64,000 nucleotides of DNA from Vicugna vicugna (taxonomy: Eukaryota). Both the position numbers and the translations under genes were made by a program. Below the pieces are notes generated by a model, which worked only from the letters and a program-made list of their open reading frames with translations, had not been told where the DNA came from and made no database searches. The stretch lies in assembly GCA_013265495.1 (NCBI GenBank), contig MU061579.1, positions 6,362,124-6,426,123 on the forward strand, given 5' to 3'. This document shows positions 12,350 through 25,757 of the stretch, one piece after another; position 1 is the stretch's first letter; every line of letters begins with the position of its first letter.

Positions 12350-13495
12350 TGTGAATGTCTATGTGAGGAATTGGCCAGGCAGTGGAAGGAACAAGTTGAA
12401 AGCTCTAAAGCGGAAATGCATCTGGAATGTTTGAGAAACAGCAAGGAAGTCACTGTAGTTGGAGCAAAGTGAGTGAGAAGAAAGCATTTAGAGATGTCAA
12501 AAGGGGCCGATATGTATGGATTTGTAACTGATAGAAAAAAATCTTTGGTTGTTTTCTGAGTGGGAAGGGATGCCACTGAATCTACTGAAACCACTCACCT
12601 TTAAGGAGAGAAGTGATATGATGAGTTTGTTTGAAAAGTATCACTGTGGCTGCTGTATTTAGAATATATTTAGGGGAACAAAAACAAAAGCAGAGATACC
12701 AGTTAGGAGCCAATTGGAAGCACCTGCACAAGAGATGATAATGACTTTTTTCAGGGTAGCAGTAGTGGAGGTAAAAGTAACTAGAGAGATTATGAATATA
12801 TTTTGATAGTGGAATCAATCAGGCTTGACAATAAAGTAAGTAAAAGAAAAGATATTAAGAATAGCCTCAAGGTTTTGGCCTGTGCAGTTGGAACGATGAA
12901 GCCACCATTAACAGAAGTGGAGCCGTTCCTTTTTGTGGGGGTGGGTGGGAGATAGGCAGCAGGAGCTGTGCTTTTAACATGCCCAGTTTCAATGTCTATT
13001 AGACCTCCAGGGTGTTAAGTAGACCACCGTATATGTGGATCTGGAGTTCAGAGTACAGGTCCAAGATGGAGCTATGCATGTAAGAGACTTCAGCACACAG
13101 ATGCTATTTAAAAGGCACAGGCATGGACCAAATAATCTAGGAGACACAGATAGAATCAAGGGGCAGGAGATGCCAACATTTTGAGACTGAAGAGACAACC
13201 ATCAAAAGTGACAGAAGATCCAAAAAATTTGGAGGGATATTAGGAGAACATGGTGTCCTGAAAGCTACTGATGAAAAGAGGGTATAGCATGAACAGTGGC
13301 AGAAGCTGCTGGTAGGTCACCTGAGATAAAGACTGAGAAAAGACAAGGTGGCTTTAGCAACATGAAGGCCATTGATAACCATGATAGAGGGTTGTTTCTG
13401 TGGAGCAGTGAGGTTGCTAGTCTACTAATGTGGGATTAAAAGTGAATGGAAGTAGATACATTGCAGTCAGAACACATAGACAACTTTTTCAAGTC
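12350..13495 (-). mobile_element. L2 LINE, long fragment
   Basis: 'tgtttgagaaacagcaaggaagtcactgtagttggagc', 'gatcactgtggctgctg'-like and 'ggatctggagttcagag' motifs of antisense L2. Confidence 0.85.
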
Positions 13496-13662
13496 TTTTT
13501 CTTTCTTCCTTCCTTCCTCTCACCTTCCCTCCCTCCCTTCCTCCCTCCCTCCTTCTCTTTCTTCCTTCCTCCCACCTTCCCTCCCTGCCCCATCCTCAAT
13601 TTCTTTCTTTCTCTCTTTCTTTCTTTTCTTTTTTTCTTCTCTAATCTTCCCTCTCCCCTTCC
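13495..13662. repeat. CT-rich (CCTT/CTTT/CCCT) low-complexity tract
   Basis: About 165 nt of almost pure pyrimidines on the + strand. Confidence 0.9.
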
Positions 13663-13879
13663 TAAAGGAAATGAGAGAAACAAGATGATACTTAAAGTGG
13701 GAATGGGGGTTGAGAAAACTTTTTAAAGACAGTAGAAAAAACAGCGTATTCGTGTGTTACTGTGAAAATTCCACTAGAGAGGATAATTTGATGTCTTGAT
13801 GTAGGGCATCAGAGAATTGCTTTAGAAACATGGAAATTCATCTACAGTATTTTAAATCATAAAATATATTATTTCACCC

Positions 13880-14370
13880 CCCCCTCCCTTAAAACTGATG
13901 AATGATTTTTCACGGTTTTAGAAGAAAACCCACAATCCTCACCCTTGTCTTCAAGACTGAGCACTTTCTGGGCTCTACCTGTCTCACCCACACCATCTCT
14001 TCCCCCTCCCTGCCACACAAAGCTCCAGCCAGACTGGCCTCCTTTTTGTGTCTTGAACACATGAAGCTTTTTCTTGCTTCAGGACATTTGCACTTTGCTT
14101 TCTTTCCACTTGGTAAACTATTCTCCTAGATTTTAGGCTTCCTCTTTCACATATTTTAGGTTTCAGCCTAAATACATCTTTTTCAGAGAATCCTTTCCTA
14201 ATGATCTCATGGAAGGTATGAGCTCAGAAATTACTACCACTATGCCTTGTTTAATACCATCTCTCACCATTTGTAATTGTCTTTCTCCCCAACCAAAATG
14301 TAAGTTCGAGCTGTATCTCTAACATCTAGTAAAGGGTCAGGCTCACACAGGTGATCAATTAATTATGTCT
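13880..14370 (+). mobile_element. L2 LINE 3' fragment
   Basis: 'gctccagccagactggcctcctttttgtgtcttgaacacatgaagc...tcaggacatttgcactttgct'. Confidence 0.75.
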
Positions 14371-14741
14371 GTGACATAGATAAATCTTTATTAAAATAAT
14401 AATTAAAACTTCAGTGTCTGAAAGTTTTTAAGACCTCTAGGGTGTGTATTATTTTTCATATACATGCAACTATAATCTAATCTCCCACATTGGATAAATG
14501 AAAGAAGTCTATTCTCTTCCTAAGTATTTCTGAGATCACTCCTTCTGTGTCCTAGAAATCCATTTTGTCTGCTTCTCTCTTATTTTTCTCCCTTACAGAT
14601 TGCCTCCCGCTGTCTCATCATCACTTTCTCATTCCTGAGCACACTTCATCCCAAAACACGAACACAGGTTCCTAAGTGTAGTTAGAGCAATACTCTCATC
14701 TTTACTATTTTACTAACTCAAGGGGATAGTCATAGTGTAGG

Positions 14742-14990
14742 TAATAATAATAATATATTCAACACTTGTCAAGACTGGACACTATATATACACACATACA
14801 TATATTCACTTATTATATATATTCACTATATCCCACCAATTTTATGATAGAGATATTATTATTATCCCCATCTTTTAGATAAGATACCAAAGCACTGGGA
14901 GGGTAAATTTCCCAAAGACATTTAACTAATAAGTGATTACCCCAGGATTCCATCCCAGGCAGTCTGGCTGTAGAGTTCATTTTCTTAAAT
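14742..14990 (-). mobile_element. MIR SINE
   Basis: 'attattatccccatcttttagataag...ccaggattccatcccaggcagtctggctgtagag'. Confidence 0.8.
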
Positions 14991-15954
14991 GGAAGGGAAT
15001 TATCATCTAGAGAAGGAAAGATTAAAACTGGCTATCTGATGATTTTCTTCCTCTAATGTGTTGGCTCATTCTCTGTAATCTAAGTTCTCCCACTAGACAC
15101 ATCTTTCTCAGCTGCTGGCTTATTTCCATATTACTGGGGCTTGATTCTCTTTCTTTGGGATAAATTCATCTTTTCTTAGCTCTTAATTCATCCTCATTCC
15201 TTGCTCGTAGTCAGAGAAAATCAATATATCTTAACAACATAGTAATCTTTTGCAAAGACTAACTCAACTCAAAGTAAACAGAGCATTTTGCATAATTAAA
15301 TATGGAATAGCAGCTTGGCCTGAAGCATGAGTATTTTTATTTCCTCACTGCCTTACATATGGGAGGTAAAGGACCAGAGAGGTCCTTAAAATTGCAAAGG
15401 GAGGATGTTGGCTTCACCCAAGAATTCAGAAATGGCTGTAGCCTTTTAAATGGCACACTTTGGTCCCCACTTTACATGCAAGAGACAGCAAGGGTTACAT
15501 GAAACAACAATGGCATTTGCTACTCCCAGGAACTAACAGGAGGAGAAGAGACAGTATGACACATGACTTCAAGTGTTATAAAGTAGCCTCCCAGAGCTGG
15601 GAAATAACAGTATCTTATTGAACAAAGATATGCTACAATGCCTGAGGAGAGAAGTAAAAATCAAGTGTGACTACCACAAGCGATTAAGAGGGCATGCATG
15701 TAAAGAGTTTGGGTTGGGGGGATTGCTATTGAAGAAGAAGAATGTTAGAAAAGAGTGATTCTCCTGGTCTCAGAATGTAGTGACCCCTGGTATATTGGAG
15801 ACTCAACAGCACACCTTCCCTAAATATTTTAAGGATGGTCCATGCCTAGGTGGGTTGGAGATTTAAAAAAAATTCATGACATCTCTGTTTACAAATATCA
15901 TAAACTCCCTGACCTTACATGAACAACGAATACAAACACAGCAATACAAGCAAC

Positions 15955-16310
15955 TGCTATTAATTAATCAATTACTTATATAAAAGTTTGCTAAGCAGAG
16001 TCAGGAGCTGGGGTTTCAGCAATGAACAAAGTAGATGAAAATCCCGGAGCTTATGTTCTTGGAGTATTTACCGTGTGCCAGACATTGTGTGCTGAGTTTT
16101 TACAGACATTCACCATAATCGCTCATAACAGCTTTCGAGGTAGTTTCTCTTTTGACCAGCGTTACACAATTAGAGAATGAAAAGAGTGAGGCTTAGGAGG
16201 ACTGATCAGGGTCCAGTAAGCAGTAAGCAGTAAGCAAGGGAGTCAAGTTGTAGACCCAGGCTTGCCTGGCTTTGAAGTCTAGGGGTCTGATGCTTTTAAA
16301 CACTATTTGT
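15955..16310 (-). mobile_element. L2 3' end followed by MIR
   Basis: L2-like 'gcaatgaacaaagtagatgaaaatcccggagcttatgttct', then MIR-like 'gtgtgccagacattgtg...tgaggcttag...cccaggcttgcctggctttgaagtc'. Confidence 0.6.
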
Positions 16311-16739
16311 GCTGTCTCCTACTACACTCACTGGCATTCTGTGAATTCCTTGCCCTCGATCATTAGCTTCAGGCTACCAGTTTGGTGTCTCCTCTGCTCT
16401 ATCCATAGATATTTCTACTCCATAACAGATTTTTGTCTACAGGTATCACATATTTGCCAATTCCACTCAAACATACACATAATCATAACAAGCACCATGA
16501 GTGCTTCTTATTTTCTTCCTTATATTTCTGATGAGAGCATTTACGAAGTAGTGTCACTATGAAACCTCAATTTGTAGATGCCTCACTAAAATAACATTAT
16601 CTGGGTACATTCAGTTCTCTAATAAGTTTGTATTCTGGTACTCAAATGTGTTCTAATGAAGTCTTGCATATATGTAGACAAAAATTTCAAGCACAGATTT
16701 CATAGCTTTATCTGATTTTAACAAAGACAGAGTATATGT

Positions 16740-17263
16740 ATATGACATTCACGGCGGTGAAATTGATTAGGCTGGGAGTTACATTTCCCTACAAGCGTCC
16801 AAATTAGTGTTGGTCAAAAGGACTTGTATGCAATTGGAATGCAGAAATAAAGCAGTATCCATTGTCCCTGAAGGCCTTTTCCCCAGCCAAATATGGTGAC
16901 AGACATTCATAGAGGTGTTTGCTCTGTGTCCACTTGTTCTTCCAGACTCCTGGCCATGCTGACCAACAGTGACCTCAGGCTCTCTCCCAGACACTTGACC
17001 GAGGATTCACTGATTCAGTAGCTACTCAAAAGCAATGCTTTCTTACACGCTTCTCCACAAACTCACCTTTCACTGTTCTAGATGTATGGCTGGTAGGACA
17101 TGGCTTCTCTAATTGATTGGTTGTTGATTCAATCTCTGATCCAGCATCTCTTCTGGACCTCTGTTTTCTAACATTTTGTGTAAGATCTCCTTCCTATAAT
17201 AACTCCCTTATCTTACAACACTCAGACTGACCCTTCGCCACTGACTGAACTTGGATTGATTCA
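16740..17263 (+). mobile_element. ERVL LTR (LTR40/LTR52-like)
   Basis: 'ttaggctgggagttacatttccc...gcagaaataaagcag' through 'cctataataactccctta...ctgactgaacttggattgattca'. Confidence 0.55.
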
Positions 17264-17374
17264 CGATCAAAGGGTGAATGGTAATTATTAGTGAAATGAG
17301 AAGCAAATGTTAGTTATTTATTCCCAGACATAGAATTCTCAGTAAAAATATTTCTAATCTCTTAAGAAATGTCC

Positions 17375-18005
17375 CTATCTCAAAATATCTGCACTCCTAT
17401 GTTTATTGCAGCATCATTCACAATAGCCAAGACATGGGAACAGCCTGGGTCCCTCAGTAGATAAATGGATAAAGAAAATGTGGTATATGCATATAATGGA
17501 ATATTATTCAGCAGTAAACAATAAGGAAATCATCCAATTTGCAACAACATGGATGGACCTTGAAAGCATTATGCTAAAGGAAGTGAGTCAGACAAAGGCA
17601 AATACTGTATAATCTTACATTTGGAATCTAAAAAAGCTGAACTGATAGAAACAGAGAGTATAAAACTCATAAAAACAGAGTTGAATTATAGTTGTCAGGG
17701 GTTGGGGAAATGGAGAGATATTGGTCAAACTGTATAAACTTCCAGTTATAAGATAAATTATGGAGATTGAATATACAGCATGGTGCCTACAGTTAATAAT
17801 GCTTTATTATAGTCTCAAAATCCATGCTAAGATAGTAGGCGTCTTTTTGTTTGTTTTTGTTTTTAATGAAGGTACTGGGGATTGAACCCAGGACCTCATG
17901 CATGCTAAGCATGAGTTCTACCACTGAGTTACATGCCTCACCCCTCAAGAGAGTAGTTTTTAAATACTGTCACCACACATACACAGAAAAGGTAATTATG
18001 AAAAA
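17375..18005 (+). mobile_element. LINE-1 3' end (L1MA-like), interrupted by a SINE
   Basis: 'tgcactcctatgtttattgcagcatcattcacaatagccaagacatgg...gcaacaacatggatggaccttgaaagcattatgcta'. Confidence 0.9.
17841..17946 (-). mobile_element. tRNA-Ala-derived SINE (camelid Vic-1 type)
   Basis: Minus strand reads GGGGTGAGGCATGTAACTCAGTGGTAGAACTCATGCTTAGCATGCATGAGGTCCTGGGTTCAATCCCCAGTACC plus an A-rich tail, with A and B boxes. TSD AAGA(T/G)AGTAG at 17829-17838 and 17947-17956. Confidence 0.88.
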
Positions 18006-18494
18006 AGAAGTTTGTCTTATTGGGAAAATTAATGTACTACACATGACTTGGTAGTTTAGTGGGTCAGATTTTTTTTTAAATGGTCTACCTTCTTTTCTGC
18101 TGGTTTTAAAAAGTAGTAGCCTGAAATTGACAAGGCAAGGAATAACAGGACAAGTAAGTTTGCTCTAAATAAGTTTGGTTTTGCATATAATACACAGAAT
18201 AAAAAATACTGATAAATTTTTGACTCTGCTTTTTTATTTTAAGTCACTACTGTAGAACATAAAAAATTGTTCATCTGAAATTAAGTGATCCAGAAGTTGT
18301 TTATGTAACTGTCTGAGGATAGTATGTCAAAGATTATTATGGTTCTTAGTAAATGACTGGGAAAAACAATTTATTAGTCTCAATTTTGAAAGGATAAAAA
18401 AACTATTGGAGATCATGTTTGAAACATACATTCTGCCTTACTGAACTTCTTAATTTATATTAATAATTGATGATCATACTATGTTTTATTTAAT

Positions 18495-18941
18495 GTGCAC
18501 ATTAGCTTTTATGAGCATGTTGAGAATTACTGCAAAATGAATTTCATTTATTGTCTCATAGTTCTGGAGGGGAGAAAGTCTGAAGGCAAGCAGTCGAAAC
18601 GTTCAGCTCCTTCTGAGGGTGATGAAGGAAAATTTGTTCCACACCTCTCTCCCAGCTTCTGCTGGTTTGCTGGCATCTTTGGAGTTCTTTGAAGTGTACA
18701 CACATCACCTGGAAACCTACCTTCATGTTCACTTGGCATTCTCCCTGTGCTTGTGGCTGTGCCCAAATTTCCCCATTTTATAAGGACTTCATATTGGATT
18801 AAGAGTCCACCCTTCTCCAGTATGGCCTCATCTTAATTACATCTGCAATGGCCCTATTTCCAAATAAAGCTGAATTCTAAGGTACTAGGAGCTAGGACTT
18901 CAACATATGAAGTTTTGGGGGACACAACTGAAACCAGAACA
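18495..18941 (-). mobile_element. MaLR LTR (MLT1B/C-like)
   Basis: 'tttattgtctcatagttctggagg...cctctctcccagcttctgctggtttgctggc...ttacatctgcaatggccctatttccaaataa...ggacttcaacatatgaa'. Confidence 0.88.
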
Positions 18942-18959
18942 CTTGCTATCTGCAGTATA

Positions 18960-19625
18960 CACTTAAGAGTAGGGAGTTACAGTCTACCTCATTTATTTAG
19001 TTTAGGATGGACTCATTGGACTTGGTACTTGCTTTATACTTTGGGTTATAATCCAGTGCTACTTTATTTTGTTGCTCAGCTATAGCATTTGGAGCTCTTT
19101 CATTTGGCTCCTATGTGTCTTTAATATATTCCCATCAACATAGTTTTTATTTTAAACCATTTTAGCACTTCCTTCCTTTCTGACACCACAAAATGCTCCA
19201 GCCTCATCTTGTGCATTTTCTATCTCAGTAACAATGTGAGCACTTTCTCTACAGATCCAAGGAACCCTGATTTTTTTACTGGAGAATGGTATTAAGCAAG
19301 CAAGATCAGAGCATTAGGTGTGCTCATTGCTACTGAGCTGTTTCTAGGCCCTCCCAGTCTGCAAAGCAAGGAGGCATATGAGAATGGAGTAGCCTTTGTA
19401 TATACACATATCTACATATATTTCCATATGTAATCATTTGAATCTATATTAAGCTAAAAGAGTTGATACAAATGTTTCCAATTCTAATCCACTATCATGT
19501 GGATCATTCTAGCCTCTTCCCTTGCTTATCTATAACCTCCCACTGTAACAATGAGAAACTTGGCAACTACCACCCACCATCCATTCACTTAATTGTTCAA
19601 TTCTAGTATATATTTATAGTAGTTT
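18960..19625 (-). mobile_element. LINE-1 3'UTR (L1MC/L1MD-like)
   Basis: 'tttatactttgggttataatccagtgctac...agcacttccttcctttctgacaccacaaaatgctccagcctcatcttg'. Confidence 0.8.
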
Positions 19626-20520
19626 TCACTTACTTTTAATCTAGAGAATTACTAATGTATAAATATTTATAAACCAATCATAAATATTTAAATATGCAAA
19701 TGTTCCACACAATAATAGCTCACATGTCCTAGGAATAGCAACAGACTAAACTGAAGTGTAGTTTCTTCTCTGGATCATTGTTAATGAGGATAGTGCTCTT
19801 ACTGAAGTGCAACTGACTCTCTGTTTAATGTAATGTAATAAAATACGCATTAGACCAATTAGAATATAAGATACAAACATCAACTTCATGTTTTCATCAG
19901 AGTAGCAAATAATAAAGTTTATGTAATCTCCCTAACCCTCTCCTCTCTCTCTCCACATATATATTATTTGTATCCATAAGTTATATATACATACATCCAA
20001 CATACTCTACATATGTTTACACACATACACTAAAAACTTCATTATGAACAGTTCAGAAATAGTGAAATAATTATTCAGTTTCTAAGATAGAAATAAGATA
20101 TAATGTTAAAAACTGAAAGGTATTTTCAATATATTAAACATCATTGGTTACAAGAAGGAAACAAAGCTCCTGATGCCAGAGGTTTGCACTGGTAGAATTC
20201 CAGCCATCTCTAACGCATCAAAATGTAAAATCTTCTCTTTGTTCATCATGTGCAACATTGAATTTTATATATAGTATAGTATTTAACAATAGTGTTTTCT
20301 TTTCTTTCTTTCTTTTTTTTTTGTTTTGGTTACAAGTTTGGTATAATTGTAAAGTCCCACTTGCTTCAAGACAAAGGAAAAATATTGAGTAAGTTTGGGG
20401 AAAGGTTCAAAAAATTAAAAATTAAAATAAAAGCAATTGGAGTTAATGCACAAAATGCATGGTGTAAATTCTTTGCACTCATTGTCTGCAAACTTGGTCT
20501 AAGTTTTCCATCAGTCTCTG

Positions 20521-20720
20521 TGTAGCAGACACCTCTCCTGCACGGCTTCAGTGTCTCTCAGTCTCCCTTGTCTCTTGTCCCAGCTGCCTCTGTGGTGACC
20601 ATCTCAGCCTGGAACTGGACTGACTTCACACAGGTGCAACGTGACAGCCCCAGCCCTGGCCCCAAGCCACACTCCCTCACCTCCATCCTGTAGTTTCTCT
20701 GTTGGCATTGTTTTGGGACC
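20521..20720 (+). mobile_element. ERVL LTR 5' fragment (LTR50/LTR16-like)
   Basis: Starts TGTAGCAGACACCTCTC; contains 'cttcacacaggtgcaacgtgacagc'. Confidence 0.5.
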
Positions 20721-22094
20721 TTCATTCTGAAATCTTATAACTGTCACCAATAAAGGACAATTTCCCCTTTCAAAACTTTATTCCTGATGCCATTTTCCCT
20801 TCTACTGTTCTTCTCTTAGCAAACTCTTATGCATCTGTATGTTTACTGTGTTACAGAGAAACCATCAGACACGAAGTGGGAGTCTGTTACACGTGAGCCT
20901 TTGGGTCTCTCAAGGAGAGACCATGACAATTCATTACATTAGTAGAGTTGATAATAGCATTTTTAAACCTTGATTTGTCTTACAAGTTCAATGTAAAGCT
21001 GTGAAGAGCTGCCTGGACATGAAGAGAAAAGGCTGGTTACCCTTAGCTGATCAAAGAACAAGGGGTTTAATTTTTAGTTTAGGCTCACTGAGATCTCTCA
21101 GAGGCAAAAATCTGCAGATGGCATTTAAATGCAAATGCGAGCCCAGTGTTACCTGGGCAGGTGTTCCTGAGGGAATGAACTCTCTTGATCAAAGGATTCA
21201 CATCTGATCCCAAGTCCTCTGAACTCATTCACTTGGTCACATTTGTAACTAACTGACTGTTTTTAAAATAAAGTTTCTGTTCTACTAGTCCTGATAATAT
21301 TCTGAGATTCTTAATGCAAGCTGGAGAACAAAATAGGAAAAAAGAGAAGAACATTAAGACTTCCTCCCTAACCATCCAAAGTTAGATTCAGGCTGTGAAA
21401 CAATGATGCTTCCTCTCCAGTCTCCGTGGGGACTTCATAACCTTTTATTCATGGGAAATTCAATTAAAATGTGCATCTCTGCTGTTTCCTGAAAAATTTA
21501 ATTTGTATCTTAACTTGCTACTGCTGTGCCCAAGATTTTCAAATCAAATATTAAAAATGAACTTGTCAACTCCAGCAGCTTTATGCTGGGAGCTAAACAC
21601 TTCATAAATTATCTTTCATTTTGTAGTCTATTAAGATACACTTGTAAGTGAATGTGTAGTGTCCTAAATTGTTAATAGGCAAATTTTACAATGAATTTTA
21701 AATTAGAGTCTCTCCACACACTCATTAATGCACTTCATTTCCTGTGTGTATTTTTATCATTTGGCTAGATTCACCATCTCAGAATCCAACACAAGCCATT
21801 GTGTTGTCTGAATAATCTCGGAAGTCCTGTAGTCTACTATCTCATAAACTTATTTTTTCTCTTTTATGTTTCTGAACAATTTTAGAACTACGTAAGCAAC
21901 AATGCAAAAAAAGAATCAGAATTCATCAGATATGTCATCCTTTGAATGGAAAAAATATGACTTTATAAATCCTTAAAGAAATAGTCAAGATTGAAATTCA
22001 AGATAGGTTTTCTTTTTGTAAAAAATGTATATACTAAAAAAAATGTATATACTAGTTGACTGTATTATAATGATATTCTCTGTATATTTCAGAA

Positions 22095-22550
22095 TTATTT
22101 TTTACTTGCAAGTGGGAGGAAAAAAACCTCACACTAAATTTTGTAGATGTGGTGAGGTATAGCTGATTTCAGGCGTGGCTAGATCCCAGGACTCCTTCAG
22201 ATTCTGTATCTCCTGTCATCTCTTCTGTTCCAGTGGTTCACAAATGGCTCCCAGAAGACCTACACTTATATCTTTCAAGCTTACTAACATCAGTGGAAAG
22301 ATCACCTTTCCCAATAGTCCTTAAAGAAAAGTTCCCCCGAAGGCGTATTTGTCTGGCATGTAGCCCGTGATCATTACTGAACTAATCACTGATCAGTGCT
22401 CTACAAAGCCCTTTTGGCGAGACCCAGGTCATGGGAAATACCCCTATGGCCTCACAGAGCCGCAGGAAATGGTTTTTCCCCAAAAAGAGGACTTTCATCA
22501 CCTGAGAAAGGATAAGGAAGAAATACTGAAAAGGCAAAAATAACAGAAGT
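22095..22550 (-). mobile_element. Old MaLR LTR (MLT1J/K-like)
   Basis: 'ttgcaagtgggaggaaaaaaacc', 'tttcaggcgtggctagatcccaggactc', 'ctgaactaatcactg'. Confidence 0.6.
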
Positions 22551-23959
22551 TACAAGGTGCTATTTATTACTCTGTTTTAGTGTTTCCTCACACCTGACCT
22601 TAGATTGTATTCTCCTGGATTATAGAATTTATCATGTTGCATTGTGATTGTTTTGATCTTTCTTGCCCTGATCAAACTCAGAAAACCTGAAAGCTAAGAT
22701 GTAAATATTATTACTTCAAAAGTATTGTCATTGTTTCATTTTCAGAGTCGAATCCAGTATTTGGCACTTAGTAGCTCTTCAATAGATCATCACTAATTAT
22801 ACTAAATAATTACATGTATACTATGATTCTTTTCTCCATATTGCTGTTTTGGCATTCTTTTATCTTCTTATTCAGGCTTTGTGAGTTCTTTCTTTTTTAA
22901 TTTTCTTTTAACTTTTTATTTCATCTTTTCATTTCAGGCATTTCTCAAATCACTTTTCTAGGAAGCCAAATAGAAAAAGATACGTAAGCTTAGCAATATA
23001 TTTTATTTACAAAAGACACTTACATTTTACAAAAAAATAGCAATCTCTCAGGTCTATAAAAAAGAAGCTAAAAATTAACATGCAATTGTTTCATTTATGA
23101 AGCTAACTAAATTTTTAAAAAATCTCTGGTTCCTCATTCCCTCAGATTCATGAGGGTACCTTGACTTCTCTTTGGCTCTACCCCTGATCTCCAGTTTCTT
23201 GGAGAGACTAATTGGCATTATTACTTCAAACGAAACTAATTTTGATTGTATTGTGTCATGTTGCATTTTCATCCTGGACTTTCGGCATGTTTTCTATAAT
23301 TGTCTGTTTATGAGTCACATGTATTGCTATTCAACTTACTATAAGTCCAAAGCTAGTCTCACTCTAGTTAAACTCAGTGAGATTTACTTTGTTTTGACAG
23401 GCAATATCCAGGTCTTGTCCCAAAGTCTTGTGGCTCTGGATTGGTCTTTGGGCTGTTGTTAAGGCTGAGGTTACTCGGGATTAGGTGCCATATTAACAGA
23501 TACGTACCCAAAAACCAGGATGAAAGGAAAATCAGTACAGCTTCCCATGCAGCCACTTTTCTATACCATACACTCTTCGTGCTATACAGTTCTTCCATCT
23601 TTCTTATATCATGCCATATTTAACTGAGTTCTCTTCAGTTACTTCTCTCTAGAATGTCTTTCTGGAAAATTTCCCCAAGTTATTTCTACTTATCCTTATG
23701 CTTGCCTTCTTCACAGTTTAGAGTTCCCTAAACCTTAAAAAATTAGTTGGGTTACCCTACAGTGTACTGTGGTATCACTTTGTAATTTATTTATCATCTT
23801 ATCACTGGTCATAATTAGACATTTAAAAATTAATTTTGTGTACCCTACTATATTGTAAATTCAATAAAAACTAAGACCACCTTGCCTTATTTACTACTGA
23901 ATACCCATTCCAAATACAATGGCACACAGTAGCCTTTTTCCCTCCAACATTTTACTATT

Positions 23960-25520
23960 TCTGTTTTATTTTATTTTATTGACATGAGATCTATCCTCTT
24001 AACAAACGTTTAAGTGTACAGTACATTATCATTCACTATAGATACAAGGTTGTAGTGTAGATTTCCAGAGTATATCCACCTTGCTTGACTACAACTTCAT
24101 GCCTGTTAATTAGTAACTCCTCATTTCTCCCTACCTCAATCCTCAGGTAACCAACATTCTACTCTTTGACTCTGTGAATTTGATGATTTTAGATACTTCA
24201 TATAAGTGGAATAATGCAGTATGTGTCTTTCTGTGACTGGCTTATTTCACCTAGCATAATTTCCTCAGGTTTCATTCATGTTGTTACATACAGTAGAATT
24301 TCCTTTTTCAAGTCTGCATAGTATTCTATTGTGTATTTATTTACCATGTTTTCTTTATCCACTCATCTATTGATGGGCATGTAGGTTGTTTCCACATCTT
24401 GGCTATTGTGAACAGTGCTGCAATGAATACAGAAGTGTTAATATCTCTCAAGATCCTGATTTTAATTTTTTTAGATGACCGAGAAGTGAGATTACTGGAT
24501 CACACGATAGTTCTATTTTTAAGTTTAGAGGAACCTCCATATTGTTTTTGATAACAGCTGTACCATTTTGCATTCCTACAAACAATGTGACAGGTTTCTA
24601 ATTACTCTGCATCCTAGTCAACATTTGCTATCTTTGGGGGTTTTTTTGATAGTAGACTTCCACAGAGGTGTGAGCTGATCATCTCATTGTGGTTTTAATT
24701 TGCATTTCCCTGATGATTAGTGATGTTGAGTACCTTTTCATATACCTGTTGGCCATGTGCATGTCTTCTCTGGAGAAATGTCTATTCAAATTCTCAGCCC
24801 ATTTTTAAATTGGGTTACTAGCATTTTGTTTTGTTTAGCTTCACTACTGAGTTGTAGTAGTTCCTTATATATTTTGGGGACTAAGCTTTTACCAGATATA
24901 TGGTTTACAAATATTTTCTCCCATTCCATAGATTTCCTTTCCACTCTACTGACTGTTTGCTTTGCTGTGCAGAGCTTTTTACTTTGATGTGGTTCCAGCT
25001 GTTTATTTTTGTTTTTGTTGTCTGGGCTCTTGGTGTCGCATCAATAAAATCATTGGCAAGAACAATGTCTTGGAGCTACAAAGCTTTTTCCTTATGTCTT
25101 CTTCTAGGAGTTAGAAAGTTTCAGGTCTTGCATTTAAGTCTTCAAGCCATTTTCAGTTGATATTTGTGTACAGTGTATGATAAGGGTCCAATTTCATTCT
25201 TTTTTTTGTGGATATTTAGTTTCCCCAGCACCATTTCTTAACGAGACTATCACTTTTTCCATTGTGTGTTCTTGATACTATTGTTGAAGATCAGTTGTGT
25301 ATTTCTTCTTTCTCAAATTTGATTTGGCTATCCCTGGTCTTCTGTAGTTCCATGTGAACTTAAAAAAAATTTTTTTTTCTATTTCTGTAAAAAAAAAATG
25401 TCATTGGGATTGGTACTGCATTAAATCTGTACCTTTCTTTGGGTAGTAAAGACATTTTAACAATATAAAGTCTTTCAATCCAGGAGCATGGGATTTCTTT
25501 CCATTTGTTTGTGTCTTAAT
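23960..25520 (-). mobile_element. LINE-1 3' ~1.5 kb (L1MA8/9-like), inserted in L2 remnants
   Basis: Antisense L1 3'UTR and ORF2 C-terminus: 'ttgtttccacatcttggctattgtgaacagtgctgcaatgaa', 'tttgcatttccctgatgattagtgatgttgag'. Confidence 0.93.
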
Positions 25521-25549
25521 TCTAATCAGTTTAGATGTTCAAACCATCA

Positions 25550-25690
25550 TTTTTGAGTGAAATCTAAATAAGCTCAGTGATGAAGACCTTATTTTTCTTA
25601 TTCATTGCTGTATCCCCCAGGACCTAGAACATTGCTTGGCCCGTACTTTGTGCTGAGTAATTGCTTCTTTCAATAAATGTAGGAATCTTT
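25550..25690 (+). mobile_element. L2 3' end
   Basis: 'ttattcattgctgtatcccccaggacctagaacattgcttggc'. Confidence 0.7.
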
Positions 25691-25757
25691 TAAGGTTTAA
25701 ATATGTATTGGGTAATAAAATGTCTCATCTCAGCATTAAAGAACCAGTTGCTGAGTT

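Noticed and set aside
17865..17945. tRNA-Ala-like sequence as a tRNA gene (also 61935-62002)
   Set aside because: It has an A-rich tail, a TSD and stem-breaking changes, so it is a SINE.
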